Assembly (NCBI GenBank): GCA_000165425.1
Contig: CT868152.1
Coordinates: 1 to 64,000, forward strand
Source: Paramecium tetraurelia
Lineage: Eukaryota
Direction: 5' to 3'
Length of the DNA stretch: 64,000 nt
The notes under the pieces are model-generated. The model was given only the letters and a program-made list of their open reading frames with translations. It was not told the origin of the DNA and did not search any database. Shown here piece after piece: positions 40,301 to 53,466 of this stretch (positions are counted from its first letter, which is position 1; every line of letters begins with the position of its first letter). The position numbers and the translations under genes are program-made.

Positions 40301-43300
40301 ATTTGTCGAAAGGGTGTGTGGAGGAATGTGCAAGTTTTAATAAAGTCTATGTGATAAAACGGAAGATCCTAACTTAGGTTGTCAGAACTATTTGAACTAA
40401 GAAGCTTGTCTATACTAGAATGGTGCTTGTAAATTTGATATATTTTGTTAACCTTATGCTATAAATTCCTTGGATGAAATTAGAACCATCTTTCCTTATA
40501 CTTCAGGTGTGTGTTAAACAGCTAATATAGTGGTACAATAAGGAGATATAAGTATTGGAAGATCCTTAATTTATGGGGCAGGACAATAAAGATGTTTAGA
40601 TATTACAGATAAAAACATTATAATCAATAAATGTAGTTATTCTGGAATGAACAAGTACTCATGCTTATTAAAGACAAACACCTATTGTGAGTATAAGGAT
40701 GGTTTATGTAGATTTGTTGACTAGAAGGTAATTGCTACATTAAAAACATGTAATGAATATTTAAACTAATATGCTTGCACCAGATTAAATGTTGCATGCA
40801 AATTTGTTGATAATAAATGTGCTTCATTTGATGAGAAAGATGATTGTTCTACTTTATAGCAAGAAAAAGCTATTGTAAATAGTGTCATTTGTTTAAGAGA
40901 ACCAAAGACACCTTGTATGTTCAATGATAGCACTTAGAACTGTGTAGTTATTACGACGCCCTAAAACTGCAAGGATCTAAATAAAAAGGGTTGTATATTT
41001 GCTACTTAAGGATACAATTGCGAGTTCAAATCAGGCAAGTGCATTACTTCATTTGGCAATCCCAGATGTGTAGCTGATATCAATGAAGACAAATGCCTGT
41101 CAATCATCACCAAAGGTCAATTTTGCTATTTTGATTCATTAACAGGGTGTAAAAATGTTGATATCACCAAAGTTGATCTCAATAAATGTGAAAAAAATAG
41201 CTTGAGAACAAATCCAAATACCTGTTCAAAAAGCACAGATGTACCATGCTTTTATGATAAAACAAATAAATACTGTATTGAATTCACTGATTCCAATGGA
41301 TCTATTAGTTCAAATCCAGCGAATTATAATATATCCAACATTTATTCATTGAATAAGAGAGCCTGCTAAATGTTTAATTATGAAAAGGCTCTCATGTGGT
41401 AGGAAACCTGTTCAATTGTGAAAAGTTCATAATTAATCTATCTAAAGTGCAGTGCATTTTTGAATAAAATAGCATGTTTAAGTATAAAGACACCATTTTA
41501 GTTTTGTTAATATAAGAATTTTCAATGTGTTAATGCTAATTTATAAGATTTTAAAAGCATGAGTTGTGATTAGATAAAGGATGTCAATTCTGGAGCATTT
41601 TGTTCTGTAAATACAAATTCAACTCCATGTCAATACAATAAGACCTTTTTCAGATGCGAGTCCTTTGATAAAGCCACAACAACTACTGTAAATTGTGTTG
41701 AAAAAGATCCAGAAGAGAAAGGATTAAATCAACCAGCTTGTGAGATTGACAAAAAAAACTGCGTTTTCGATGAAAATTGTTATAGATTAAATGAAAGTGG
41801 ATTTCAATTTTGTAAGGATATCAATAAAGTGGATAGTTAATTTTAATGCAAATAAGTTACAGGGGAGGGATGTATCATTGACTCAAATAGTTGTAAGAAG
41901 ATATATTATGATACATACAGTAAAATTAAATGCGAATAAGCAAGTAATAGATTTGGATGTGTTAATATTCAAACAACAGGTCAATTTTGCTAATTTGATG
42001 GAGAAAAATGTAAACTTGAAAATGTAAAAGAATACGCAGATATTAGTTGTTTAAGCGTAGTGAATATAAACCATTATTCATTCTGCGAATAAACAAAGGA
42101 TATCGCTTGCACTTTTGATCTGAAAACCAATACGTGTAGGAATGTATATTCATAGGAAGTGTTCTCATGTGAAAGGGGATTGAATAAGATAGCATGTTTA
42201 AATCAAACAACACCAAGTTTGATGTGTAAATTCCTTGATTATTGTTATGGTCCTAATAATGGAATTTTGAATTGTATTCATAATGATAATGACTTATGTT
42301 GCAGAGAAGCTGATCAAATTGATACATGTCTAAATTAAAAGATTTATTAGTGTGAGTGGACAGCAGATGGTTGTCGAGCTTATACAAGTACTACATAGGA
42401 TTGTAATGATATCGTAAATAAAAGCTTTTTGATTTGTGCTGCAATCAAAAATGTACTCTGTGTTTATGCACCTAGTGATCATAAGTGCTAAACTGAAATA
42501 CCCACTACATGTGGTTTTTCATAAACAAATTAACAATGTAAAAGAATGAAGTCAGTTTCTTGTATATGGAATTAAGAAGAAGAAATCTGCACATATTCAG
42601 AAAACTCTGCTTATCTGACTTGCTAGGAAGTGAGTTAATATTCTGGAAATTAAAGAGCCTGCATGAATGTTGAAGTATAAGGGTAGATGTGTATTTACAA
42701 GGATGAGAAATGCATACTCTTTGTTTAATCAGAAACTTCTAATAATTGTTTGGATTCAATTAATAAGAATGCATGTCTGCAATAAACCATCGATGATTGC
42801 TAATGGGTTGAATAGGTATACAAGGTTATTAAATACTAAAATTCACCTATTGAAGTGGAAATAGTTTATGGTGAATGTCAACCAATCACAGATATCAATT
42901 AGACATTTTGCTATTAGAACATTAGTTATACTGCTTGTATGAAAACAAATAGGATTGGAGAATTTTGCATCTGGAAAGATTTTAGATGCCAATAAATAAG
43001 TGAATAGGAAGTTTACACTCCTAATTAACTGATTCTTGTCAATTAAAATGCATGTGGTTTAATTAATAATGGAGACATAGTAAAGTACGATGAAATGTTT
43101 AAGAAATGTGTAATCATTGAAAATCCAAATGAACTAACTTGTAATCCTCAAATTATAGGTCTAAATAAAGAGGCTTGTATGACCATAACAAACTAGTCTT
43201 GTGTTTGGAATATCATTTCGAAGAGTTGTTCTTATTCAGAGTTCTAAGATATACCCTAGCTTTGTGAAAGGCCCAATTCTAATGCCTTTTCATGCTCAAA

Positions 43301-44892
43301 TCTTGATATTGATCACCCTTGTGGATATTCTGATGGTGGTTGTCATGTTGTTGACTTAAACTCTATCACATGCACTCACCCAGGCTTAAATAAATATGCC
43401 TGCCTGAATATTAAAAATCACCCTTGTATTTGGAAATATAATGAACAGACTGCTAATGATTATTGTGATGATTATATTCCTTACACATATTGTTTGGCAG
43501 TACCTATTAATGTGAATCCAAAAGTTTGTTCATTAGTTGATCAAGATTCTTGTTAGTATGATATCAAGAATAACAAATGCAAAGCTCTAGAACCTTTGTT
43601 ATCAAATTGTGATACTATAGGCTTAAATCTTAAAGGTTGCATTGAGATTGATGGATGCGCATTCAAAGATTAATGTATAAAAGTGACCGAAAAATTATAT
43701 AATTGTAATGAATTCCCATTGGCAAATTATCACGTTTGTTCAAATGCATAAGATAATTGTAAATTCAATGAATTAACATATGGCTGTTAGCAATCCAATA
43801 TAGAATTATGTGATACTAAAGGATTAAGTTAATTAGGTTGTATTTAAAGTAATTGCTTAATGGAAAATAATTAATGTTAATGTACCAATGGCTTTATGGA
43901 AGAGAATTGTAATGTTATTCAAGAGGTTGAAAAATGCAATTAACTTGAACATTGCATATATGTTGAGGAAACGAAGAAGTGTAAATGGAAATAGTGTGAG
44001 GATTTATAATACAATTATTGTGATGGTCAGTAGATCAATTAATTCTATTGTTATTAAACTTCTTCATAGCAATGCAAATCAGCTAAAAGATGCGAAGATA
44101 TTCATAATCCTGCTTCTATCAATCCAACCTTAAATAATAAGCCTTGTATTTTTAATTCAGATTCATAATTTTATAAACTTTTAAATTGTGAAGTCCTGGA
44201 TGAATAGCAGTGTTAAAGTTATCCCAAATATTGCATATTTGATGAATTTTGCAGATTTTCAAGATGCAGTGATCTAAAATAAATTAATTGTCCTTCAAAT
44301 ATTTGTTATTGGAATTCAAAAATGGGTGTCTGTCAAGATTAAGTTGAATGTTCTTAGATATCAGATAAGAATTAATGCACATCAATGAAGTATGAAGATA
44401 GATAATGTTCCTGGATTACATAAGAAAATTAATCCTTTTGTACAGATTCACCTTGTAGATTCTTGGTTAAGAAATTTGGTTGTTCAGGACTTTAGATTTC
44501 AGAATAAATTTGTGTCGAAGTAGATGCTGACAATTGTTTATCATGTGAGGAAATTTCACGTCCTTGCATTTGTCTGCAACACAATCAATATTGCGATTAT
44601 AATTTTAATTCTTAAAAATGTGAATCCAGAACCTGCTCAAACTAAGTTGACTAATCAAAATGTCCCTAAGAACATTGTGATTTTTCATAAAAGGTATTAT
44701 TTCATATTTATTTAGTGTGTGCCTAAATGCCAATATATTGCTGACGAGAATTTATGTAAAAACACACGTACATGCACTTGGGATGAAAAATGCAAAAGTA
44801 AGGAAGTACAAGTTGTTCCTACATAAGAAAATGTCAAAATTTGGGGGTTAATAAACATATTCACTTTAAGCATTTTGATTCTTTATTTGTGA
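34349..44892 (+). CDS. Giant cysteine-rich repeat surface protein (roughly 3,400-3,500 aa) with signal peptide and C-terminal hydrophobic (GPI-like) tail
   Basis: N-terminus MREKKTNLFNIMIMIAILSLCVES; dozens of C..LNKxAC..CxW..C units; ends KIWGLINIFTLSILILYL*. Frame spot-checked, not verified base by base. Confidence 0.88.
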
Positions 44893-45076
44893 TATTGTTT
44901 TTATTCCTAAAATTTATTCAGCAATATTAAGAATATAAGAATTGATCGTCCGATCTCAATTACTGTATTATAGTAATATGATTATTAGATTTCTTTATCA
45001 ATCTTAAAATACTTGATAAAATTAAACCATAACACTTTCTTCAAATAATTATTAATTTTTATTTCTATTAAATTTT

Positions 45077-47785
45077 ATGTACTCTAAAATCTGTTAAGAC
45101 TCCATTAATTGCAAAAATGAGAATTGTTAATTAGACCATTCTAGAATTTACTTAGGACTTTGTATTAGATTTTTGATTATGGAATAAGAATGGGAATAGA
45201 ATAATTCAGAAGATGATTATTTTCCCAATAAAATTTGTGATAAAAAGGAATGCAAACTAAAACATTTCGATTAAAGTAAATTCAGGTTTGTTTCTTAAAT
45301 CTCAGTAAATGGTATATTTCCTCATAATTTATGTGGCACCTATGATTGTCCGTCACATGAATTCCCATCGGATAAAAACTCTTTAAATTATTGTAAATTT
45401 ATTCATAAACCTTGGGCTAAGAATATATGCTTAACAGATATTATCAATTCATGTAAAAAGAAAGACAAGGATTGTAAGTTTATTCATAAAGAATGGAAAG
45501 ATCTTAAACCTATTGCCAAGGAATGTTCATATATTAAAAGTATTTGTCCTGATAGTTTATGTGATAAATAAAACTGTTAATGCAGTCATCATTATCTTTG
45601 GATGTCTAACTTAAATTTATGCATTCCATATCTCAAAGGAAGTTGTCCAAAAAAAAACTGCTTAAAAAATCATGTTGAGTGGGAATATGTTAATCCGAAA
45701 ATATATATAGAGAACTGTATCTACCCTTGTACTAAGATTGATGATTAATAGTTGTCTTATGATTAATAAATACAATTATAATGTGAAAAAGCATAGTTTC
45801 TTAAATTAAAGAGCACTATATCAGAGTCTAATATCATAGACGTTGTTTTTATTATGGATCTCACCGGATCTATGAAACCTTGGAAGGAAGAAATGGAAAA
45901 GGCCATTTATGAAATATTATAGTAATTTGATTAAACAAATAAAGGATATTAAATGAGGTTTGGTTTTGTTGGATATAGAGACGAATGTGATAAGAATGAT
46001 AAAATCACTTATATAAATCTGACACATGACATCGAGAAATTCATAAAATAAATTAGTAAATTTGAAGCAAAAGGTGGTGGGGACCTGGCTGAAGATATTG
46101 TGGCTGGATTTGAAAAAGCTTTAGAATTAAATTTCTCTTAACATGAAGAAAGTTTATTATGCACATTTCTGATTGCTGATGCTCCCTGCCATGGACGATA
46201 ATATCATGACCTTAAATCTGATGATAAGATTGATAAGGTTGAAGAAAATCACTTAGAAAATGCACTAATGAGATACAAAAAAATCAAAGAATGTAATTTT
46301 CTATGCAACATTAAAATAAATAATTCAACAGACAAAATGTTTTCAAAAATGTAAGCTGTGTATCCTCTTTTAACAATAACTACTAAAAAGGAACCTAAAG
46401 AAATTTGTGAATAAGTTCTTTTTACATTAAGATAATCTTTAACAAAATCAAATATTATAAAATCTAATTTGTAAAAATAAGTTGGAATCAAAGCTGACTT
46501 TAAAAAATTCAAAATAGATGAGAATATTAAAAATTCATAATAGAATAAAGTAGATTATTGGAAAAATCTTTTGAAATCTAATTATTTAAGATAAGGAGGC
46601 ACAAATTTATAAATTTAAAAGTAAATTATTGAATCTCTTTAGTCAGAAGATTAAAATTGCTAAACCTTTGTTTTCAAAGCATTTGATGCAATAAATAATA
46701 TGTACGTAGTCTTAAAAATACCAAAATTTATTGTAGATTTGCATAAATAAGGTATGCTAGATAATTAATCAATTGAAAAGGCTGAATAATAAGCAGAATC
46801 AAGATTCTATTCTTCCATTTATGCTTGTTAAATGGCCCACTTTTTTAATATAACAACGTCAACAGTTGAAGAAATTCCTCCATTATTTTATGTGTTACCT
46901 ATTTGTTACACTCTCAAAACCCCTTTTTATGGTATGACCAAAGTATATGGAGAGACATTTATTAACATTTAACATTAATTCAAAAAGTATACTACTAACC
47001 ACCATCACAGTGACCCAAAATATTATTATTATTCTATTTTCAGTCATTTCTCTTTTATTGAAAGTGGAAATACTTTTGTTATCACAGATTTATAGGGATG
47101 TGTAAATATTCTATCTGATCCTTCAATATAAACCAAAAAGGGAGAAATTCCTGAGTTGGATTAGGATGAAACAAATCATTTTGAAAAAGGAATTGAAATA
47201 TTTTTATAAACCCAACATAAGGAATGCAGCTATTATTGTTAATTATTATAACTATCAAGAGATTAATTTTAAATAAAAAATATCTAAAATGTAGATTTAA
47301 CAAAATGGTAGATTAATGATAAAACGCATTAATATGGAATTTGTGCTAAATGTAATCAATTAATTTAATTTGATTTGGATGCTTAAAAGGCTGAAAATCA
47401 CTTAAGTTACATTATGAATTGCCAGTAATGCAAAACAGAGAGTGCTGATGATAATATTATCAATAGTTAGTGCAAGTGTTGTAAAGAAACCTTTTAATCA
47501 TTTCAAAATCTGTAATTAAGATGTCAGAGTGAATTAGGGATTTGTTCAGATTGCAAAAATATTTGCAGCGACCTTAATAAAAGCAGTTGTTGTTATTGTT
47601 AAACCAAATGTAAGAAAATATTAAAATAATTGCATATTTAGGATTAAATCATTTATATTTGTAAAAAGGGTTGTAAGTACTTAGAACTACTATCATGTAA
47701 AAATTGTTAAAAGCAATATTAATAAGACATAGTTTTGAATAAAGAGGACTATGATTAAGGTGTATATAAATGTGCTGCTTGCTGA
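45077..47785 (+). CDS. Tandem CCCH zinc fingers - vWA - alpha-kinase - Cys-rich (CxxC) C-terminal region
   Basis: CQDSINCKNENCQLDH, CLTDIINSCKKKDKDCKFIH, CIPYLKGSCPKKNCLKNH; vWA DVVFIMDLTGSM..VGYRD..GGGDLAED..IADAPCHG; kinase YVVLK, FKKYTTN, FSHFSF, ITDLQG..LSDP, HKECSYYC; one intron ~45276-45305. Confidence 0.92.
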
Positions 47786-48319
47786 CCTATGTTTTGAGAA
47801 TTAAAGATATGTGAAATTAATATATTTTTATTATTCATTATCACGTACATTAAGTAGTTAACATCTGTCCATTTTTAATTATATCAATTTTTGATAATTA
47901 TCTTCGAAACCATTTTTCTGGGAATATAATTAAAGAGCAGGAAGGATATATTAAAATATCAATAAGAAAATGTGAAACAATCTAAAATGGTATTGATTAA
48001 TGATCTAATTATATTGATGAATAAATTTGATCATAATTCTATTTTTGATGATCTTTAAGTAAGTTAAGTAGTTTTCAATTTAATTTTCAAAGAGAGACTG
48101 CAAAATTTAGATTTAACGGTTTACAATAGGAGAAAGAGGACTGCGTTGCTTAGATTAAAAATGTAATTTTTATGATTTAGGTGATCAGTGTATTAAAATT
48201 TTAATCATGTATTGGTTTTGGATGAAGTTTTGATTCTTTACAATTATTTATAAAGTTTGTTATAATATTCAAAATTTAAATATATTGTATTACAATTAGG
48301 CTTAGTTTAATATAATATA

Positions 48320-49792
48320 ATGAATAATAATAAATAATATTATGATTTTTAGACCATTACTCATCGAAACTTGTTAATATAAATACTAATAAGGGAGTGA
48401 AGAGAAATCATTCTCAATAAAAAAAAAAGTTGATTACTATCCTTACTTTAGAGAAAAGGTGGCCAGTCAGTCATTTCACATAGATACTCAAAGTACCAAT
48501 AAAAAGAAGTCAAAAAGATAAATGACATTGAATCAAAAATTAGGAAATTCTGATATTAATATACAATAATATATTGAGTTTAATGTATAAATTTGAAGAA
48601 ATTAGATTAAAGAAAAGCCTATGAATAGCCATATTAATTAAAGAGTCAGAAAACTTATTATATAGGATAACAAACTAATGAGAAAATAAAATAAAATTAA
48701 GACTTTTGCTGAAATCCTCACTCAATAGCATAAATCATTTCATTAGAAATAGATGAAAAAGCAGGCCTTATCAATGTTGGATTAAGGACCGCTTTTTAGA
48801 AAAGTTGAGAGTCCTTAATTGAGTCCAAAAGCTCAACAATAACAATAAAAATTAGAATTTTAATCAAAAACATAATAAAATAATGCAGAATAACAAATAT
48901 AAGATAAAGTTCAAAATTATTTATCCAGAAAGAGTGTACATCTCTAACGACTTTCTTAAAGAATGGATGATATTAATGTATCAAAAAGATCCATTTTATA
49001 CACTAGTTCAGCTGAGAGAGATTTAAAGATTTCCTCTAGATTTTTCAAGGACTTTATTGGTGTATCCTAATAATTAAAGAATAAAGAGAAATAAGATCCA
49101 GAATTATTAAAGGAATCCTATAAATATTGGGCCCAAGCCATAAAAACTAAAAAGGACCCATAAAAGAAAAGGAAGGTAGGAGCAGTATTCAGCACATCAG
49201 TAAGGATGAAACTAGAAAAAATGAGAGCCTTAATATTAGATTGTGTTAAAAAACTAAGATTTATGAAACTAGATCCTGAATAGTTAATGTAAAATAGGAC
49301 AATATTAAAAAATCCATATTAAAGAGAAGGTTCTTATGTATTTTTTAAAGGAGTGACTAAAAATGACTAGGATTTAGTAAAATTGATGCTTGATAAGTGT
49401 AGATTTTATGCTTTTGATGTAAATGAAAATTTCTAGACTGCTTTGCATATATGTTCTAGAAAAGGACATTTATAAATTGCAAAAATACTATTTCAACTTG
49501 GAACCTACCCTGATGCTAGAGATGTCAGTAACAGAACTCCTCTATATTATGCGCTCATGAATAATCAAAAAGAATTAGTTTAACTATTGTTGTCACACAA
49601 ATGTAATCCTTGGTCATTTCCTGGTTGTACCTATGGAACTGATGATCCAATATTAACAAGGATGCTCAAAATAGCTAGAAGAGTAAATATACAATTATAA
49701 CAGAGTAGCTTGATATGTTGCTGATGATGACACCCTATAATACTAGATAGTAAACTTGGATTAATTATTGCAGAGTGTTTTACGAATTTTGA
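48320..49792 (+). CDS. Ankyrin-repeat protein (C-terminal ANK repeats)
   Basis: DVNENFQTALHICSRKGHLQIAKILFQLG, RDVSNRTPLYYALMNNQKELVQLLLSHKCNPWS. Confidence 0.88.
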
Positions 49793-49835
49793 TTATGTAT
49801 TAATAATAAAATATTTAAATTTTAATCGTATAGAA

Positions 49836-51610
49836 ATGAGTAGATTCAACTATGTTTTCAAGCCTTTGTCGATTGATACATTCGAATATAGTTACATGGA
49901 TGGGAAGACTGAGAAATCATTCACTATAAAAAGAAAAACATCATTAAAGGAAGGAAAGAGTGTAATGTAAAGGAGTGAACCTATTACTTAATTTAATGTA
50001 TGTGATTACTTATGATGATGATAGAATGAAACCATTAAACAGAGTCAAAAGAGGGCTTAAACTAGTAGACGAATGAAATAATCTCCAAAACCCAGAAGTT
50101 AGTCAATTAATTCTAATACTCCAAAAATTGCAATTCGTAAAATTGAAAGCAGATTGGAAGATGAATTAGAAATTACAGATATAAGAAACTCAATTTAAAA
50201 GAGATCAATTAACATACCCTAAATGAATTATCTCAATTTTAATGTATACATCATTTAACAAAATAGTTCAATAGATAGCAATCATGAGTGGACAAACTAG
50301 TAGTTCATTTCCAAAAGCATAAGAATTGATAAATAAAGACAATAAACTGTTGAGGAAGAAAACACTTGACAACTCTAAAGCTTTGAAAACTATTGAGAAT
50401 GAGATTCAATAATATGAGCGCTTAGAGAATTACCATCCTTTAAATATCAAAGAACATATTGGAAGGATGCTTGCCATTAATGAAAAACGAACTCCCATTA
50501 GGTAGAGAAACAAGGATAGGGAAGCATTTACAAGAAATTTATAATTTCTTGAAGAATCACTTCAGTAATCAACAGCTCCTGAGAAAAAGTTGCAAACAGT
50601 TATTCAATAGTATTTTTTAAAGAAGAAATCATTCTAAGAAGAAAAAGCAAAATAAGAAGAAATTTAATAGACTAAATTGTAAGAGGAAACTATTAAAATT
50701 AATATAAATAAAGGAAATATGAGAATGTCAACAACCTTTTTAAAGAGATTCATTCATTAAGTTGAAAAAGATAAGTAATAGAAATTTTAAGTATAACAAT
50801 CTATTGAAGACTAGTTATAGACTTCAGAATAATAATAAGAACAGACTTCTGAATAATAATAATAAGAGTAGACTAATGGATAATAATAATAAGAAAAAAC
50901 TTATGAATAATAATAATTATAACAATAACAAAGTTAACAAATAGAAACTTAAAAAAGTTATATGTACTCTATAAAATCATCCCAAATAAATAAAAAAAGG
51001 TAGAATGCCATTTATAGTGGATAAGTAAGGACTATATTCAAAAGAATGTTCCATTTAATCCTTGATTGTGTTAAAAAAATGAAATAAATGAAACTTACAA
51101 TAAAAGAGTTATTTTAACATGGTGTAATTTAAAAGAAACCTTATGAAAGACAAGGATCTTTCTAGTTTTTTGAAGCTGTAGAAAATAACAGCCACGGTCT
51201 CATTACCTTTATGCTTTAGAAATGTAGATATTATGCTTTTGATATCAATGAAGAAGGACAAACACCCTTACACATAAGTTCAATCCTTGGTTACTATGAA
51301 ACAACTGAAAGGTTGCTATAATGTGGGTCATATCCTGATTCTTACGATTTTAAAGGATTGCCTCCACTCTATTATGCTATTTAATAATAGCATAGGGAAA
51401 TTGTTAAATTATTATTATTTTATAATGCTAATCCTTGGTCCAATAGTAAATATAAATTAGAGACTCAAAATAATGAGATCAGAAGCTTATTGAAATAATC
51501 AAGAAAAGTATAGATACATTTAATTTTAGATTCATTTATTACTATTATTAACTAAACACTCAGATAGAGATCAAATTTGGATCAATTCAAGAAAATCTTT
51601 GTTATCTTGA
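49836..51610 (+). CDS. Ankyrin-repeat protein, tandem paralogue of the preceding gene, with a Q-rich linker
   Basis: DINEEGQTPLHISSILGYYETTERLLQCG, YDFKGLPPLYYAIQQQHREIVKLLLFYNANPWS; shares the KCRF/YYAFD and PY-R-GS blocks with 48320-49792. Confidence 0.88.
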
Positions 51611-51806
51611 TTGTATTTTATGATTCGGAATTCATTACAAAATTTAGAATTTATAAAATATTATCATAAGTTCGTTATTCCGAAATTTATATAATTAATT
51701 GATTGTCTCTATCGTTGTAATCACAGAAAATAAAAGTGAAAACCTTATAGTATATTTAATATAACAATAATAAAAACACAAAATAATAAACAAATAAACA
51801 AAATTA

Positions 51807-52315
51807 TCAGGGCATTTCTATTTCTCCATATTCAAGCAACTTCTTTTCATAAAGAAAATAATATTGTTCATCTATAAACAATTAATGGTCCATTAACTCC
51901 AAGAATTCTTATTCCAGAATAAATATCTCTCTAACACTTATGCCACCTACTTTTGCATAATATTCATTTTTATAATAATCATCATCCTGATATTTTATGG
52001 CAATCATGATTGCTAACAAGAGGAATCTTCATAATTTAAATTAAACTACCTATGTATACATTTAGAATTAAGCACTAAATAAGGATGTTTTTCTTATAAC
52101 CTATCTAAGTAAATTAATGCAATAACAAAGCATTATTCACTGCAATGAGTATATTTTGCAATTCTTTATAAGTAATTGTGAATTGATATTGAAGGTGCTT
52201 TGTTGGCATGGAAATATGATTGAGATTCTTACTCAATTTCTAAAGCATCTGTTTCCTTGATTATTTCATCTAAGATATTTGCTACTGTAGCAAGTAACTA
52301 ATTTGATTGTTGCAT
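51807..52315 (-). CDS. PHO80/cyclin-U (P-type) cyclin
   Basis: [38 protein letters not shown]..HR[intron]FLLLAIMIAIKYQDDDYYKNEYYAKVGGIS. Confidence 0.92.
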
Positions 52316-53466
52316 TAATAGATATAATTTTCAATATTTATATTTTTACTTAACATCATATTAAACAAATAGATCTTTCAGAATCATTTTATAGCATAGC
52401 TTTTATGCTTTACAATTAAAAGACTTTATTTCCCTTTGAATTGTTTAACTGAAGGAATAAATACAACTAATTCTTCTATAAGGCAGAACCATGTCTTCAA
52501 TCTTTATTATTATTGAGGTAGAAATTAATAGTAAAAATCATTTAGTGTATCCATTTGCAGGATACTCCAAATGTCATGCAGAAAGAATTTATAGACTATT
52601 AATTCTTGATTAACAGATTATGAAAGTTGGATAACAAATTAATGTAGAGAATATGGTTATTTTGAATTAATATTATTCAAATGTAAAAAACTATCCGAGT
52701 TTATAGATTTAACTCTTTTTTACTTCTTGATACTTTGAATGATCAGCAATTTATTAATTAATATAATGTGATGGATACTGAATTTATGTAATATTAATTT
52801 TGAATTTTCTTAGATATTAAAAATTAATTAACTTATACAACTTTTCTACAATTATAAAAATTCAAAAATAATATTTAGAATTTGTTAGGAGTTTTTATAA
52901 ATTCATTTAATGTTGTGAGATTTGGTTAGTTGACTTTTGCCTCAGAATTAATTATTTTGAAGATAATCTATAATTTAGATCGTTTTTATACTTTATTGAA
53001 TAAAACTGGATATAGTTTCTAAAGTCTAGGTAGATTTAGGTATTATAAATATAATAATAATAGTCCTGAATAAAATTCTAATATTAATTATAGAAATTCA
53101 ATAAAAAAATAACAAAATAGCTAATCTGATGTAAAAAATATCTATTTTAAAGTTTAAAGAAGGGCTATTGGTTTGTTGAAGAAAATAAAGGTATGATCGA
53201 TCAAGCATGATAAATTGAGTGTAATTATTTTTGAGTTTGATTCTAATTTAAAATAATGACAGAGTAGCCTAGAATTTATTAAAGATTCTTTAAATATTGG
53301 AAGCTACTCAAAATTGCAGCGATTCAAATTATTTTAAAAATCCTATTTGATTGATTATGAGAGTATAATATTCAGGCTTTTGGTACTCTGTGTAGAAATT
53401 AAGAATTTATTTAATGAATATAAATTCCTTGCCATTTATTTTAAATTAAAATCTTTAATTTTTAAA

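Noticed and set aside
50760..50950. Short tandem repeats (aataataataagaa...) resembling an array
   Set aside because: In-frame Gln-rich coding repeats inside the second ankyrin gene; no CRISPR-like repeat/spacer structure.
52400..53400. Coding-like plus-strand patches between the cyclin and eS31
   Set aside because: I could not build a consistent frame or recognise a domain; possibly a hypothetical gene or pseudogene.
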